Assembly (NCBI GenBank): GCA_028534125.1 | Contig: CM052817.1 | Coordinates: 84,570,001-84,634,000, forward strand | Source of the DNA: Lama glama | Lineage: Eukaryota | Direction: 5' to 3' | DNA: 64,000 nt | Shown: positions 50,985-64,000 of the stretch, one piece after another | Layout: every line of letters starts with the position of its first letter | Position numbering within the stretch: position 1 is the first letter of the stretch | Notes under the pieces: generated by a model | Told to the model about the DNA's origin: nothing | Databases searched by the model: none | The model's input: only the letters and a program-made list of their open reading frames with translations | Program-made: the position numbers and the translations under genes

Positions 50985-52780
50985 ACTGACTTCTTGACAT
51001 CTTTAATTGGCTGTCTAATAGGCATTTCAAGCTAAACATATCCAAAACTGGGCTCTTGAATTTCCCCTTGTGTATTGTGATTTCTCATAAGAAATGTAAA
51101 TTTGATCTTCATCCACATTTCTAGCACAGAGCTCCTCAAACCCTTGGAGTTTCCTAAATGTTGAGAAATAAAGGCCTTTTGTTATGTGAATGAGGTGATT
51201 TTGGAATGCACCAAAGGTAAGGGCTGGTTGCCAGGAAAACCAACCTTGTGATTAGAGGGTTTGAACTTTCAGTCTCACATCTTCTACTTCCAGGGAAGGA
51301 AGTGGTGCTGGAGATTGAGTTCAATAATCAATTGCCAATGATTTAATCAATGAGGGCTATGAAATGGAGCCTCCATAAAAACCCAAAAGGAGAGAATTGG
51401 AAGAGCTTCTGGCTTGGAGAACACATGGAGATTTGGGGAAAATAGTGTGCCTAGAGATGACATGGAAGCACGTCACTCTTTCCCCATCCCTTACCTCATG
51501 CTTCTCTTCCATCTGGCTATTCCTAAATTACAACCTTGTATAATAAACTGGTGACCTAGTGAGTAAACTGTTTCTCTGAGTCCTGTGAGCTGCTCTAGCA
51601 AATTAATCAAACCTAAGGAAGGAGCATCATGGGAATCTCTGATTGTATAGCCAGTTAGTCAGAAGCTCAGGTAACAGCCTGAGCTTGTGAATGTCATTTA
51701 TAATTTGGCTGGGGGAATTCTTGTAGAACTGAACCCTCAACCTGTGGAATCTGATGCTATATCTTCAGGTAGATAGTGTCAGAGTTGAGTTAAATTATAG
51801 GACACACAGCTGGTGTCCCTAGAATTGCTTGGTGGTATGTGGGGAAGCTCCTTGACCTGCCCCCTCAACCACCCCCCTCAACACGCTGGAATTGGTGACA
51901 AGGACCCTTTGTCCTCTCAAATCAGTTCCTCCTACAGTCCTTTCCATCCCAGTTATGACCACTCCATTTTTCCCATTGTTCAGCCCAAAACCTCAGAGTA
52001 AGCCTTGACTCATCTCTCTCACACTCCAAATCTAGTTTTTTTCAGCAAATCCTTTTGACTCTCCTGTATTAGAATTGGACCATTTTTCAAGACCTCTGCT
52101 GACACCACCCTCGTTCAAGCCACCTCCACTTCTGGATTATTGAAATAGCTTTTGGACTGGTTTCCTGATTCTGCTCTTACTCTCCTTTAGTTTATTTTCA
52201 TTGTTTAAGGCCAGGTTGGCCTTGTTGAGTATAGGTCTGATTATGTCACCCTTCTGTTCAGAATACTTCAGTGCCTTCACATTTCATTCAGAAAAAGTCT
52301 TAATCATGACCTAGGAACCCCATGGCATCTGGCTCCTCACTTTACTTCTTGATTTCATTACTACTGCTCTCAACTTTTTCCCTCAGCTCCCACCGCCAGG
52401 CTTCTTGCTTCCACCTGCAGTCCAGGGTCTTTGAACTTTCTATCCCTTTTATGAAATGCTCTTCTTCCAGATACTTGCATGGCTAATTGATCTCACTTCT
52501 TTTCCATCTTAACTAAAAGTCACTTTTTCAGTGAGGTCTTCCTTGGCTACCTTGTCTGAAATATAATCTCCTCACATCCTCAAGAGTTCACATCCCCTTC
52601 CTTGTTTAATTTTTCCCCTTTGAACATAGCACTAACATATCTCTTACTCATTTGTCATGTGCATTGTCTATGTTCCTCACCAGAATGTTAGCCCTCTATG
52701 AGGGCAGGGATTATTATCTTATTATACCTAGTCCAATTCTTGGTACTCAAGAAATGCTTTCTGAATTTATGAATTCATGG
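50985..52780 (+). mobile_element. L2a-like 3' portion split by a MER21 LTR
   Basis: ggctgtctaataggcatttcaagctaaacatatccaaaactg before the LTR resumes as cccattgttcagcccaaaacct after it and runs to the tail tactcaagaaatgctttctgaat. Confidence 0.85.
51069..51905 (+). mobile_element. MER21-like solo LTR
   Basis: gcacagagctcctcaaacccttgg, tgtgattagagggtttgaactttcag, aatgatttaatcaat, AATAAA at 51542, caggtagatagtgtcagagttgagtt. Confidence 0.85.
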
Positions 52781-53950
52781 AACTAAAAGAATGTGATATG
52801 ACTTGTAGGGATGTGCATGACATTCATACTCACTGTAACAATGTTTGGATTATAGTAAATGTTAGTTAAATTTGTATCTATTTTTACCAGCAGGCTGATA
52901 AAATAAATAAATTAGTAGTACAGCCTGCCAATTAAATGTCCAAGGCACTTAAAATACTTAAAATCAAGATTGTTTGTCACTGATCTTGTCAGTTTGACCT
53001 AGGACATATAAGATGCACAGGATGCTCTCTGTGTATTGTAATGTATTGTATTTATTTATATAAATTCATCTGAGCTGATATCGTTAGGTGATGGCCCCAC
53101 TGTTTACCCATTATCTGTTAGTTACTCTGTCATCTGTGATGCATATTGAATTCCCACATGTTCATTGGATTCATTGAGACCAATGGCTGGTGGACTGGTA
53201 CATTGGATTGGTGTGGATCTCTCCAGAAATATTCATCCAGGACTATTGTTTATCTTCCTACTCAGGAACTTTTTCTTTTGTGGAGCTATATGTCCTTATT
53301 TCATTCCTGACACATATATGAATGCCTTTTAGGGTCCAAAAGGGTACACTAAGATACAGAAGCACACAACAGTGGCTGCCCTCAAGGAACCTTTATTTCT
53401 GGCTTGACTTCACTCAGTTTATTAGTTCTGCATTCAGTTAAAAGGTGGAAAGTTTGAAATTGCCATAAACTCCAGCTTTTCCTGGAAGAGGTATCCATAA
53501 ACACTGAAAATGACCTCACAGAAAAAGATAAGGGATTTCAAAAGGTCTGAGAGTGGAAGAGTCAAAAGCTTGAATGGTCAGGGAAAAGGACCTAATGGTT
53601 ATGTTGGTGCATGCAGGCAGGTAGGAGGTAATAATTTACATGAAATAGTAATTTTAGTTTGTTTGATTTAGGAACACATATCTGGATGCATATACTTTTG
53701 GTTCTGATAGTCATGTTGGAAACATCCATGCATTGACTATGCAGAAGTAAAAACTGGAACAGGTAAAAACTAGCTCTGTAACAGAATCTTAAACACACTA
53801 TTTCTGACATTTTTTTAGCTCTATAAAAATTGAGTTAATGAAAATAGTAATTGGCCTCCCTTCAGAAGCTGTTGACTTAAAAAAAAAAAAGTAAGTTAAA
53901 AGAAGTGGAGGCAAAGGATTCCTCTGTTTAAAATTTAAAAAACAAGGCCT

Positions 53951-54360
53951 TGTGGTAGGTAGAATAATGGGCCCCCCCAAAATGTCCCCATTCTAGTAGT
54001 CCCTAGTACCTGCATGTTACCATACATGGAAAAAGGGAATTTGCAGATGTGATTAAGTCAAGGACCTTGAAAGGGGAGAGATTATCCTGGATTATCTGGA
54101 TGGGCCCAGTGCAATCACATGAAGCATGAAGCAGGATGGCTGGAGGAGATGCAGAGGTTGGAGTGATGTGGACATGAGCCCCCTCTAGAAGCTGGAAAAA
54201 GCAAGGAAAAGTTTTCCCCCCTAGAGCTTCGGAAGGAATGCACCTCTATTGACCTATTTTAGACTTCTGACCTCCATGACTGTCAAATAATGAATCTGTA
54301 TTGTTTCAAGTCACTAATGTTGTGGTACTTTGTTAACAGCAGCAATAGGAAACTAATACA
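53951..54360 (+). mobile_element. MLT1D-like MaLR solo LTR
   Basis: tgtggtaggtagaataatgggcccc...aggaaactaataca with 5-bp TSD ggcct / ggccc. Confidence 0.92.
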
Positions 54361-56749
54361 GGCCCTGAAAGCAGATCTTTAGAATTGTTGAATGATTGAA
54401 TCAAGATAATTTTCTGTTTTATTTGTGTTTTCCTTCCATAATGTATTCATAGATTTAATGAAGTAAACACTATATCTCTTCTGATCAGTGATGCCAAGTG
54501 GCTGATATTAGTAATTATCTGATTTACAAAGTGCTTTTTACTCCTAGAAAAAACTGAATATATCAGATACTTGTTTTGAATGACCATATAGTCTTTGTTC
54601 AATGAGCATCTGCTTAACCTCTGTCCAGGTGGCTGATAAATGAATAAATAAGCATCATAGCCTGCCAATTAAGTTTCCAAGGCATTTAAATTGTATGAAG
54701 TAAAAAGAGAGACAGTAGGCTTCTTTCAAGTCTTGCAATTTTCAGAATGTTTAAAGCACCAATCTTTTAGGATTCATTCTTGTGGTAAAGACTGTAACAA
54801 AATCAGGAAAAATGGAGCTGTTTGAACACATTTTTGAGTCAGAGACTAGAATAAGAATGGACAAACAGTATGAAACCTTTGTACTATTTTTACAAGTCAT
54901 TCTCATTAAAGTCTGAAGACTGTAGAGCTATTGGGCTCCTTCAAGGATAATGTCCCCCCTACTGTTATATTTCTTCCAATGAAACCCATCTGTGAGTTTT
55001 TGCAGGATGTTCATGACATGCATTTAAATTGCCTGTTGTGTTCCAGAAACCTCTTCTTCCTGCAAACAAGTGGTGACCTCTCTGCTCTATGTTCATTCAG
55101 GGGACAGCCACTGTACATCATTCCAGGCAGGCAGCCAAATGATGGCCACATCCTGTTCATTGCAAAAATACACATTTTCATTAAACCAAGATAATTAGAA
55201 AAAGTAGCATAGAGGAATATGAGTAATTCCATCAGTAATTACAGCAATTATGCCCTTAATTGCCATGCCACCTCCAGTGTTACATTATATATATATATAC
55301 TGGCATTTTACAGAGAAAACACTCGTATGTTTTATGTTAAAGATATACCTGGTTACTTCAGGTACCTCTAGTGGTTAAAAGATAATTGAGGTAGTATTGT
55401 TTCACCCTTGCAATAATCAAAGCAAAATGCACCATATTATCCTCATTGTTGTCAGTACTGAGTGCTTTTTCAAGACTTGAATTTCTATGTATTCTAGAAA
55501 TACAAAAAGATAAAAAACAGTACACTAGAAACCATCATTGCTTCAAGTTTCTTCCAAAATTGGTGAAAAATGGTTTCTCAAATTTTGCAATAAAGAGAAA
55601 AATACTATTAGATGTTTCTTCGATCGTTTTCCTAGGGCATATGCTTACTGTTAACCTATTAAAATTTTAAAATATTTACTTTTGAATTTGACTTTCCAGT
55701 CTCTTATTTCTCTGCTAGTGTATTAAAAACAAATCTTTATGTTCTTCACACAGTATTCTTGGAACAGGAGAGTCAAACAAGGCTGCATTGCTTTCTCTGA
55801 CTATTGAGCTGATATCTCTTCCTTAACCTGCAGCCTAAAGTAAGTGGTAAGGAAGACTTGAAGTTCATTTGTCCTCTTGTTCAGCTATTAGGAGTGACTT
55901 TGGACTTTGTTCCCTTGCCGCCACGCTTCCTGGTAGAAGTCAACCCTTGGGATGTGATACGGTTCATCCTTGTGAGACAGGAGGCAGAGCTGAGCTGCAT
56001 GGGAAAGATGCCCTGTTTTGCATTCTGCTAAGGCAGATTTTCATAGCATTTGGCTTTTTGATTCAAAATTTTGTATTTGATTGGGATGATTTTATAATCT
56101 TACAATAAAAGACACTCGCATGTTCATGGCTGTTCTCCATATACCTATCCTCACCTCGCTGAGTGATCTCAAGTTGCCTCAGTGGCTGCAAGGCCAGGAA
56201 GAGAGTCCTGGCAGCACAAGCACAAACTGCCAGGCACCACGTGGGCAGAAGGTGCTTTACTGTTCCCTTGACCTGGGGTTTCACTTTATGCAGCAATAGG
56301 TGCTGGTAGAACAAGTGAAGTTATGTGAATTCACAAATATCTAGTTGATTTACATTAAAACCTAAGACCATGTCAGTTTGAGCTACAGTGGCTCTGTAGT
56401 TCTCCCAGGAGAACTCAGAAGTTCTCCCAGGCAGAGAGAATTTAATCACAGCGTGTAACTGAGACCAGCCTCTCATAGGAGCGTCCTTTATCCCATGCAC
56501 AAATCCCTCCCAGGTACCTTGTAAGGCCTTCCATGAAGGTGAATATAGCTGGAACATGTGTTGCTCTCTCCCTGATTACTCTCTATTCACTTTGCAGGTA
56601 GATTTTCTCATTATGTCACTCTTAACATGGGTGACATTCAACTGTGTTCTTGGGTGATAACATCTCACTTTTGTATTTTCAGGAATGCAAACCTCTGGTA
56701 GATTCTTTCTCTTAATTTTGTCTGTTCATCCTCAATATAATGCTGATCT

Positions 56750-56930
56750 CTGCTACTCTCTTGACCAAATGACTGAAACTTTCCTTTTCTCAGTTTCCTC
56801 ATCTATAAAAACAAGGATAACAGTGCCTACTTCATGGAGTCATTGTAAGGATTCAATGAGTTAAAATTCAAGTGCTTGGATGATGTCTGATATATAGTTA
56901 GTGCTCAATAAAGCTTAGCGAACTTTGTCA
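56750..56930 (+). mobile_element. MIR SINE
   Basis: ctcagtttcctcatctataaaa...ggattcaatgagttaa...gtgctcaataaa. Confidence 0.85.
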
Positions 56931-57109
56931 TCATGATTAATGTTACCCTGAATTCACTAAACATACACATTCTCTGTTTCTTAAACCCTTTACCTCTTAG
57001 ATACAATATATCTTTTTCTGATCAAGATTTTTCATTTATTTAAGCACAGGTATTGAACCCATTTAAAAGCCCTAAACAGGTGCTTTTCAGGTGATCTACA
57101 GATCTTAAA

Positions 57110-57350
57110 TGTAGGAGCTTAGTTTCTGTAGTTAGACAGCCAGGTACAAATTTGTCTTTATGCATTAGCTCTGTGATCCTGAATAAATTACTTAATCTCT
57201 CTGAGCCTCAATTTCCTCATCGGTAAAGTGGGAGTGATAATAAAAAATATGCCTTCATATGGTTATTATAAGGATAAAATGAGAAAAAAAATCCATTAAA
57301 TGTGCTCATCTAAATAGGTTCCTAGTATAGAAGAAGTGTTCAATGAGTAT
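57110..57350 (+). mobile_element. MIR SINE
   Basis: ctgtgatcctgaataaattacttaatctctctgagcctcaatttcctcatcggtaaagtggg. Confidence 0.85.
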
Positions 57351-57464
57351 TTAAGTATATTCTTACTTTTCAATTAGATTATAGATGATACTTTATGTTT
57401 TGGGGCATGGACAACATAGAATTGATCCTCTGTATTTTCCAATATGATTATTTTTCTTTCCTTC

Positions 57465-59010
57465 TCTGTTTTATTGAGGTAAAATTTACATACAGCAAAA
57501 TGCACAAATCTTATAGGTATAGGTGAGCTTAGACAAATGTGACTAACATTTGTCCATGTGAATAACAACTCAAACAAGATATAGAACATTTCCAGTATTC
57601 CAGAAAGTTCTACTGAGCCTCCTTCCAGTCAGTTTCTACCCCCTGATAGGCAACCACTGCTCTGATTTCTAGCACCACAGATCAGTTTTGTCTGTTTTTG
57701 AACTTAATTTGTGTGATAGAATAATAGACGTGATAACTGAATGTTATGTTTTCATGGTTTATTTTGTATTGTTGCAGGTTATCAGTAATTCATTTTCAAA
57801 AAATACTCATTAGAATTCCATTCTATGACAATACCCCTTTTGTTCATCCATTTTCCTGTTGATAGTATGTGGGTTGTTTTTTACTTTTTGGCTATTATAA
57901 ATAAAGTTGCTATAAACATTTCTGTACAAGTCTTTGTGTGGACATGTTTTCATTTCTCTTTGGTAAATACTTAAGAATTGAATAGATCATAGGGTAGGTA
58001 TATGTTTAACTTAAAACACTGGCATACAGTTTTCCAGTGTAGTTGTATGTATCATTTTAGACTCCTACTACCAATCTATGAGAGTCTTTTTAATTTTAGC
58101 TGTTCTAGTGAGTGTGCAGTGGCGCCTCATTCTGGTTTTAATTTGCAGTCCCTGCTGACTAATGATGTTGAACATTCTTTCATGTGCTTATTGGTCATTC
58201 TTTATCTTCTTTGTGAAGTGTGAATTCTATATTTTCTCTGTAAAGTGTGAATTCGAAACATTTTCCATTTTTAAAATTGGGTTGTTTGTCTTTTTATCAC
58301 TGAGTTTTAAAAGTTTACTTAGGATGTAAGTCCTTTGTGAGTTAAGAACAGTGCAAATATTGTTTCCCTCTCTGTAGTTTCCTCTTTTGTTTTCTTAATG
58401 GTGTCTTTGGATGAGTTTTAAATTTTGATAAAGTTAATATTTCACGGTTAGTACTTTTTGTGTTCCCTAAAAAACCTTTTTCTACCCCACGTCATAGAAA
58501 TAGTCATCTGTTTGTTCTTCTAAAGCCTTTAGAATTTTAGCTTTAAATTCGGGACTATATTCATCTCAAATCAAATTTGTACATGGTGTGAGGAAGGGGT
58601 CAAAGGTCTTTTTTCATGCATTTATATAGCTATTCCAGTGCTATTGGTTGAAAGACTTTCTTTCTCCATTGATTTGCCTTGGATTTTTGTCTGAAACATA
58701 TTCACCATATGTATTGCTCTATTTTTGAACATTTCATTCGGTTCCATTAATGTGTTTGCCCATTGTTATTTCATTACAACACTGTCTTGTATTGTAAATG
58801 GTATTGGCTTTTGAATTACCTTTTGCAGTTGTTTGTTACTAGTATATAGCAATACAGTCAATTTTTTGTATGTTGATTTTATATCCATACTTTGCCAAAT
58901 TTGTTAGTTCTAGAAGTAGCTGTTCTGTAGATTCCTTATGATTTTCTACATTCACCATCATTTATATGCAAATAAAACAGTTTTATTTTTTCCTTTCTAA
59001 TCTTGATGGC
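57465..59010 (-). mobile_element. Ancient L1 (L1MC/L1ME-like) 3' fragment
   Basis: ttttattgaggtaaaatttacatacagcaaaatgcacaaatctta, then antisense ORF2 text (actaatgatgttgaacattctttcatgtgcttattggtcatt). Confidence 0.85.
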
Positions 59011-59398
59011 TTTCTCCATTCAACTGATGATTTTTATGATAAACTGAACTCAATTTACCCGAGAAAAAGAAATACTCAACAACTGATTATTTCTATTGCT
59101 TTTCACTCTAAAAAGGGTTTGGGAAGCATACTTGATGAGGATGTACTACAAAAGTCATCTTCAGGAATATTTCACTGAAAGAAAAATCCTTAAGTTTGCA
59201 AAAACCTAGAGAGATGAGTTCTGTTGATGCTGCTCTTAACTAGTTACCCAGGGAGCTAGTGATTAACCATTTGTTCCATGAACAGTTGGAAGTAAAGTTA
59301 TCTCATGAATCTGACTTCCAATGTTAGGATTTCACGTTACTACAAAACGTTGAACTTCACAGCTTTTCCTATCCTTAGGCCTCCCTGTCTTTCTACAG

Positions 59399-59504
59399 GT
59401 GTTATTAACCTCATTTCAGACTGAAGACAATTTTCAGCAGCATCGCAAGGAAAAAGATTGATAAGAATTTCTATCCTGGGCTAGTCCCTCTTTTACCAGA
59501 TACT
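59399..59504 (+). other. Candidate 106-nt non-coding exon
   Basis: Acceptor cctccctgtctttctacag|G, donor ACT|gtgagt at 59505; stops in all three frames. Confidence 0.3.
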
Positions 59505-62500
59505 GTGAGTTATCTAAATTAATCCAAATGATGACACTCCCCCACAGAAAGAGGAAATTAAAACCTTAAATCAACCCATCATGTTTTCTGCGTGTGTGCT
59601 TAGGCTCCAATGGAGAAGGTTCCTTGGATGCTCTTTCATTATCTTAGGCAAATAAGCAGCAGGGGCTTCTGTGTAAATATGCAAATGCACACACTGAATT
59701 AAGGCCTATTGTTTGCTTAGTTAATATGTGCTTTGGAGGAGGCATTATTTGCTTATAAAGCTCTGAAATCCCTTTGTAGATACATCATCTTGGGCTGACA
59801 GCTTTGCGAGGTGGAAGTTGATGGAATACTTGCTCTAGCAGCCCTGCTTGAAGTGCCTTGGCACGGCTGGCGGGGAGGGGGTTGCTGATGGGTGATGCTT
59901 CTTTCTGTCACCCCAGCAATGGTGCAACCAGAAATAGCAGACAGCATGTGAAGAGACGATGATAGAGTATGAGGGATACACAGAATGAAAATTACCCGGA
60001 ATATGGCAGCCTTCTCCCTGAATAATTGAGAACTGGCTGAACAGTCACTCACAGAGAGGCACATAGCAGGGATCTTTTTATAGGTGTGCTTGCAGGAATG
60101 ACTCCCCGCACTCAGCAGAGAGGGAGTACATGAAGGGCTGACCTATTGCTTATGTCTCTATCCAGCTCATAGTTTCCAAAAGAATGATAGAGGAGAGAGA
60201 GCTGTTGGTTTTTTGCTGAATTACGGCCATCTGGCTATTATAAGTACAGACGATTAGAGATAATCACAACTTCCTTTCTTCTCTCTTCCAGAAGTTGGCA
60301 TGCTGAAATTTGGGCTTGTGGTCTTGTATTTGGGAACCCAGCAGGTGTATTCCGAGTCCTTCTGTGTAAAGAAATGTGGTCTCAGAATAGCACTGCATAT
60401 ATTCAACCCAGATGAATGATCTGTAGGTAATCAAAAACTTGGCCTGATACAGTTAAATGTCACCTTGACCTAAGTTAGGAGGACTAGATTTTCTTTTAAT
60501 GATGGGAGACTTTAAATTAGGAAGTGCATGGACAAGAGCACTCTTGCCTGTGGTCTCCTGTGGATGTGTATCTTACAACTGACGGCTCCATTAAATGAGT
60601 GGTGCAAGCCTTTAGTCTCAGGCTTTCTTTTACCTCTGCCTCTGGTGAGTGCTCAAGAATACAGAGGCTATAATAACAAGACAGAAGTAATTTGAATAAA
60701 AAGTTGAGGATAAAAAGAGTGAGCTAGCTTACTTTGATGAATTTGCAAAGAAAAGTATATCCGACTTTGGCACTTTTTTTTTTTGGTCAATTTGTTTGAG
60801 AGGAAGTTATAGAATCAAAAGTTTTGAAAAGTGTGACACACCAAGTGAATTCATGAGCCAACTTTCTCTGTGAAACAAAGCTCAAAGGCACAAAAGCACA
60901 AAGTAAGGTTTCTGTGCCTGCCGCAAACTCACTCCCTTGAAGTTGTCCTATTGCTTTTATAAGCCAAATTGTAGCATAGCCAATGGACAGATAGAAGCAG
61001 GTGGGGTCCCACTGTGGACATATTCCATCTGTAGGCCATTAGGAGTCTGCTCCGGCCTCCCTGTGTCGTTCTCATTAAATACTAATCAAAAGGCTGGGGC
61101 TCATCTCTTCTGCAGTGCTCCCTATTTCTTTTAATGCACCTGCAAATAAAATGAAATGGGCTTAATGGACTGAGGCTTTGACTGATTCTCATAGCTCTGC
61201 TGCATGGTCACTAGTTGCTCCTCTTGGTAATTTACAAGGTTTCCTGCCGTATGATAAAACACAGGTGCTCAGGCTGTCATCCAGAGCGATGATTTATTAG
61301 CTTTAGTGGTACCGCAGACCTCAGGCAGCAGGCACTAAATCAAGAGAATATATACTGAAATAATATGTTTTCCAATGATGACCCATGGAGACTCTTTAGT
61401 TGTTCACGCCCTTTACCTGCTGCTGTTGGTTTTGCCATTTCTCCTCATTATTTTAAAGCCCACAGGATTCACTTCCTGTCTTAATTTCTCACCTGCCAGG
61501 ATGGCCTCACCACCAGCTTTATTGCTATAGATTTCTAGTTGATCCCTTACACCATCTAAGAGTTCAAGCTAATGAGGAGGAGAAAGGGAACCTCAGGGTT
61601 TTTTTTTTTTCAGGCCTCAGGGACACTGAGAATTCCTATTCCAGGCTTTACTTTGGTATGGTTGCCAGACAATAAAAGCTCATGTTGTCCTTTAAAAAAA
61701 ACAAAAACCCTGCTTTGAGGTTAAATATGTATGGACATTCATTTGGAACATTTCATCTACTGAATATTTCTTCATGGAAATTTGTTAAGAGGTCCTGCCT
61801 TCCTGTTTTTGTGACAGTGACTATCAATCAAAGTGACTTCTTGTTGATTAACCGAGAGCCCTATGAACAGATCAGAGAAATCTTTAATTACTATTAAATG
61901 CTTGCCAAACATGGGCACAGAGAAGAACCACTCAGTCAATCAAAGTGGAAGTGTGGTGTGAATTCTGAATTTTAATGAGAGGACAGTTCAAAGATGTGAA
62001 GGGAGTCCTAATAGGTAAGAAAGTGATTATAAGCAAAATGTCCAAAATCATACTGAAAACTGAAAAAAGCAGGACTAGAACAGAAAAGTCTATGATGCAA
62101 GATATTAAGATAACAAAAATGATCATTAATTTTATACAACTGATAACAAAATCCAGAACTTTGCCCTCCATAGAATACAATAGGGAGATTCGAAGCTTCA
62201 GTCTAAGCCATGGGGAGTCAGCGACCATTGCCTTGCACGGGTAGCTGTGGGATGACAGGTGCAGAGCAGGCATGACTGAGCAGTGGAATCAGGGAGGTGC
62301 GAGAATATTCATGACTGAGGATCTCAGGATTTGCCAGCCCCAAAGTGAGTTAGCGAAGAGGTGAAGACAATGAGGACAGTGACCACACAGGAAGGAGGTT
62401 TTTGAGTACCCTCAAAGACAATAGCTACCCAGTTTGTTAAAAGGAAGAAGTGGAAACATATGATTCCTCAAGGTGATATTCAAAATGTTCAAAGACTGGT

Positions 62501-63379
62501 GAGGCATGGACCTGACCCTTTAGAATGGATGCTAGCCATGACCTGGAGCAGGACCCTGGATGTCCCTGCTGGGACAGCAGTAGACCCTTAGTGGCCATAT
62601 CATGGGGAGGTCTAGAAGTCCCGGGAGAAGGCTGGGCAGCCAGGGCTGTGAGCAGCTCTTGCAGGTTTCAGGGCAGTGGCTTTCTACCAACCATTAAGAA
62701 AAGATTTCAATATGTTGACAACATTTTCCATGGAACCGGGGTGTATTGGTTGATTTTCAATCCTGTCAAATTTCTCTTTTATGATGTTAATTCATGATGT
62801 TGCAGAAAATCTCCCCTTTATCTTTTCCTCTTAAGTTATATGAGAGAAAGAACTGAGATTTTTAAGATCAAATAAACATTGTGACGCAATGACTTTCCTC
62901 TTCCAAGTCCCTTCATGCCCAGCAAAAAAGCAACAGTGAATTCCGTGGCAGCAATGAGAAACAACTGTCTACCGTTCCCCACCAGCTCTGTAACCAGTCT
63001 CTCACAACCAGCTTTTAATTCTTCTACATTTCTTGCTGCTGTCTATTGGTTTTTAGACTGAAGATTAATTCTGCTATTGTATCAGACATGTCAACTACTC
63101 AAGTTTTATTAAATACTAACAAACACAATCTTCACTGTCTTTGAGAAAGGAAACTGACTAAAAGAGCTAGAAGGGAACTTGAGAAACTATTTACACAATT
63201 TTCTAATGGGGCATTGTGCAGAGTAGGTACTCAAAAATATTTGTTGAATAAATAAATGAGTAAATGGATGTGATAGAATTATACTTAAGTTATACAGTCA
63301 GAAAGAACACCTATCATCATCTGCCTTGTTATTCTTAGTATTATAAAATCAATATGAACAAGTTTAAAAAGTATAAGCA

Positions 63380-64000
63380 ATACAGAAGTATCCTTTTTTT
63401 CCCCTTGATTGCATGGTTTTCCGTTGAACAGAAGAAATGTAATTTATATAACCTGCTTCTTACTGGTAGACATTTGAATTTTTTTCTAATTTTCACCCTT
63501 CTCTATTTAACAATGCTATAATTTTCATTAAAAAAAAACTTTTTCGAGTATTTCTATAAGATAAATTCCACTACGGGAACTGAGGTGAGAAAGGTATACA
63601 CATTTAAAATTACAATACATATTGCTAGATCAACCTCAAAAAAGTTATGCTGGTTTATACTCTAATCAGAAGTTTATGAGAGCACATGTTTCTCTGTGTT
63701 CTAAACAAATAGCGGTGATGCTATTTTCAAAAATTGCCAATCCAAGAGGTGAAAAATTGTACCGCTGATTTTTAATTTAAATGTTTTCAACTGTTGGTGA
63801 AGTTGAACATCTTTTCCTATGTTTAGTGACATTTATGTTTCTTCTAAGCATTTCTAGCATTTTGTTGTTGTTGCCATTTTTCAGTTGTGGTACTTGCTTC
63901 ATTTTTCTTATTGACTTGTAAGACCCTTTTGTATAACAGGGAAACCAACCTTTCGCATGTGATCTGTGTTGCATTTTTACTAGTTTGTTTTTAACTTTTT
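63380..64000 (-). mobile_element. Ancient L1ME-like fragment running off the window end
   Basis: tggtagacatttgaatt, aaaggtatacacatttaaaatt, gaagttgaacatcttttcctatgttt. Confidence 0.7.

Noticed and set aside
61932..62273. Overlapping 113-aa and 89-aa ORFs
   Set aside because: Low-complexity A-rich composition, probably old L2-derived sequence; no homology recognised.
1..64000. CRISPR array, operon or other prokaryotic system
   Set aside because: The sequence is mammalian; there is no regularly spaced repeat-spacer array and no gene-dense region.

Overview
AT-rich, CpG-poor mammalian genomic DNA, most likely camelid: it holds two tRNA-derived SINEs resembling the camelid Vic-1 family and several young L1 3' ends. 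There is no intact protein-coding gene; the ORF track is repeat-derived or chance ORFs. Much of the window is interspersed repeat (L1 of several ages, L2, MIR, MLT1/MER21/ERV1 LTRs, hAT-Charlie MER3 and MER33). Repeat family names are recognised from memory of consensus sequences, not from a search, and boundaries without TSDs are approximate. The unique sequence holds a few candidate plus-strand exons (805-853, 9208-9270, about 15313/15350-15575 with AATAAA, 59399-59504), three good CTCF-like motifs and several motif-dense enhancer-like blocks; I could not name the host gene. The most unusual items are a polyadenylated LTR-like fragment retrocopied with 17-bp TSDs, a doubly internally deleted but end-to-end L1, a 67-bp module duplicated 1.7 kb apart, and a possible L1 3' transduction. 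I see no evidence of a new multi-gene system.
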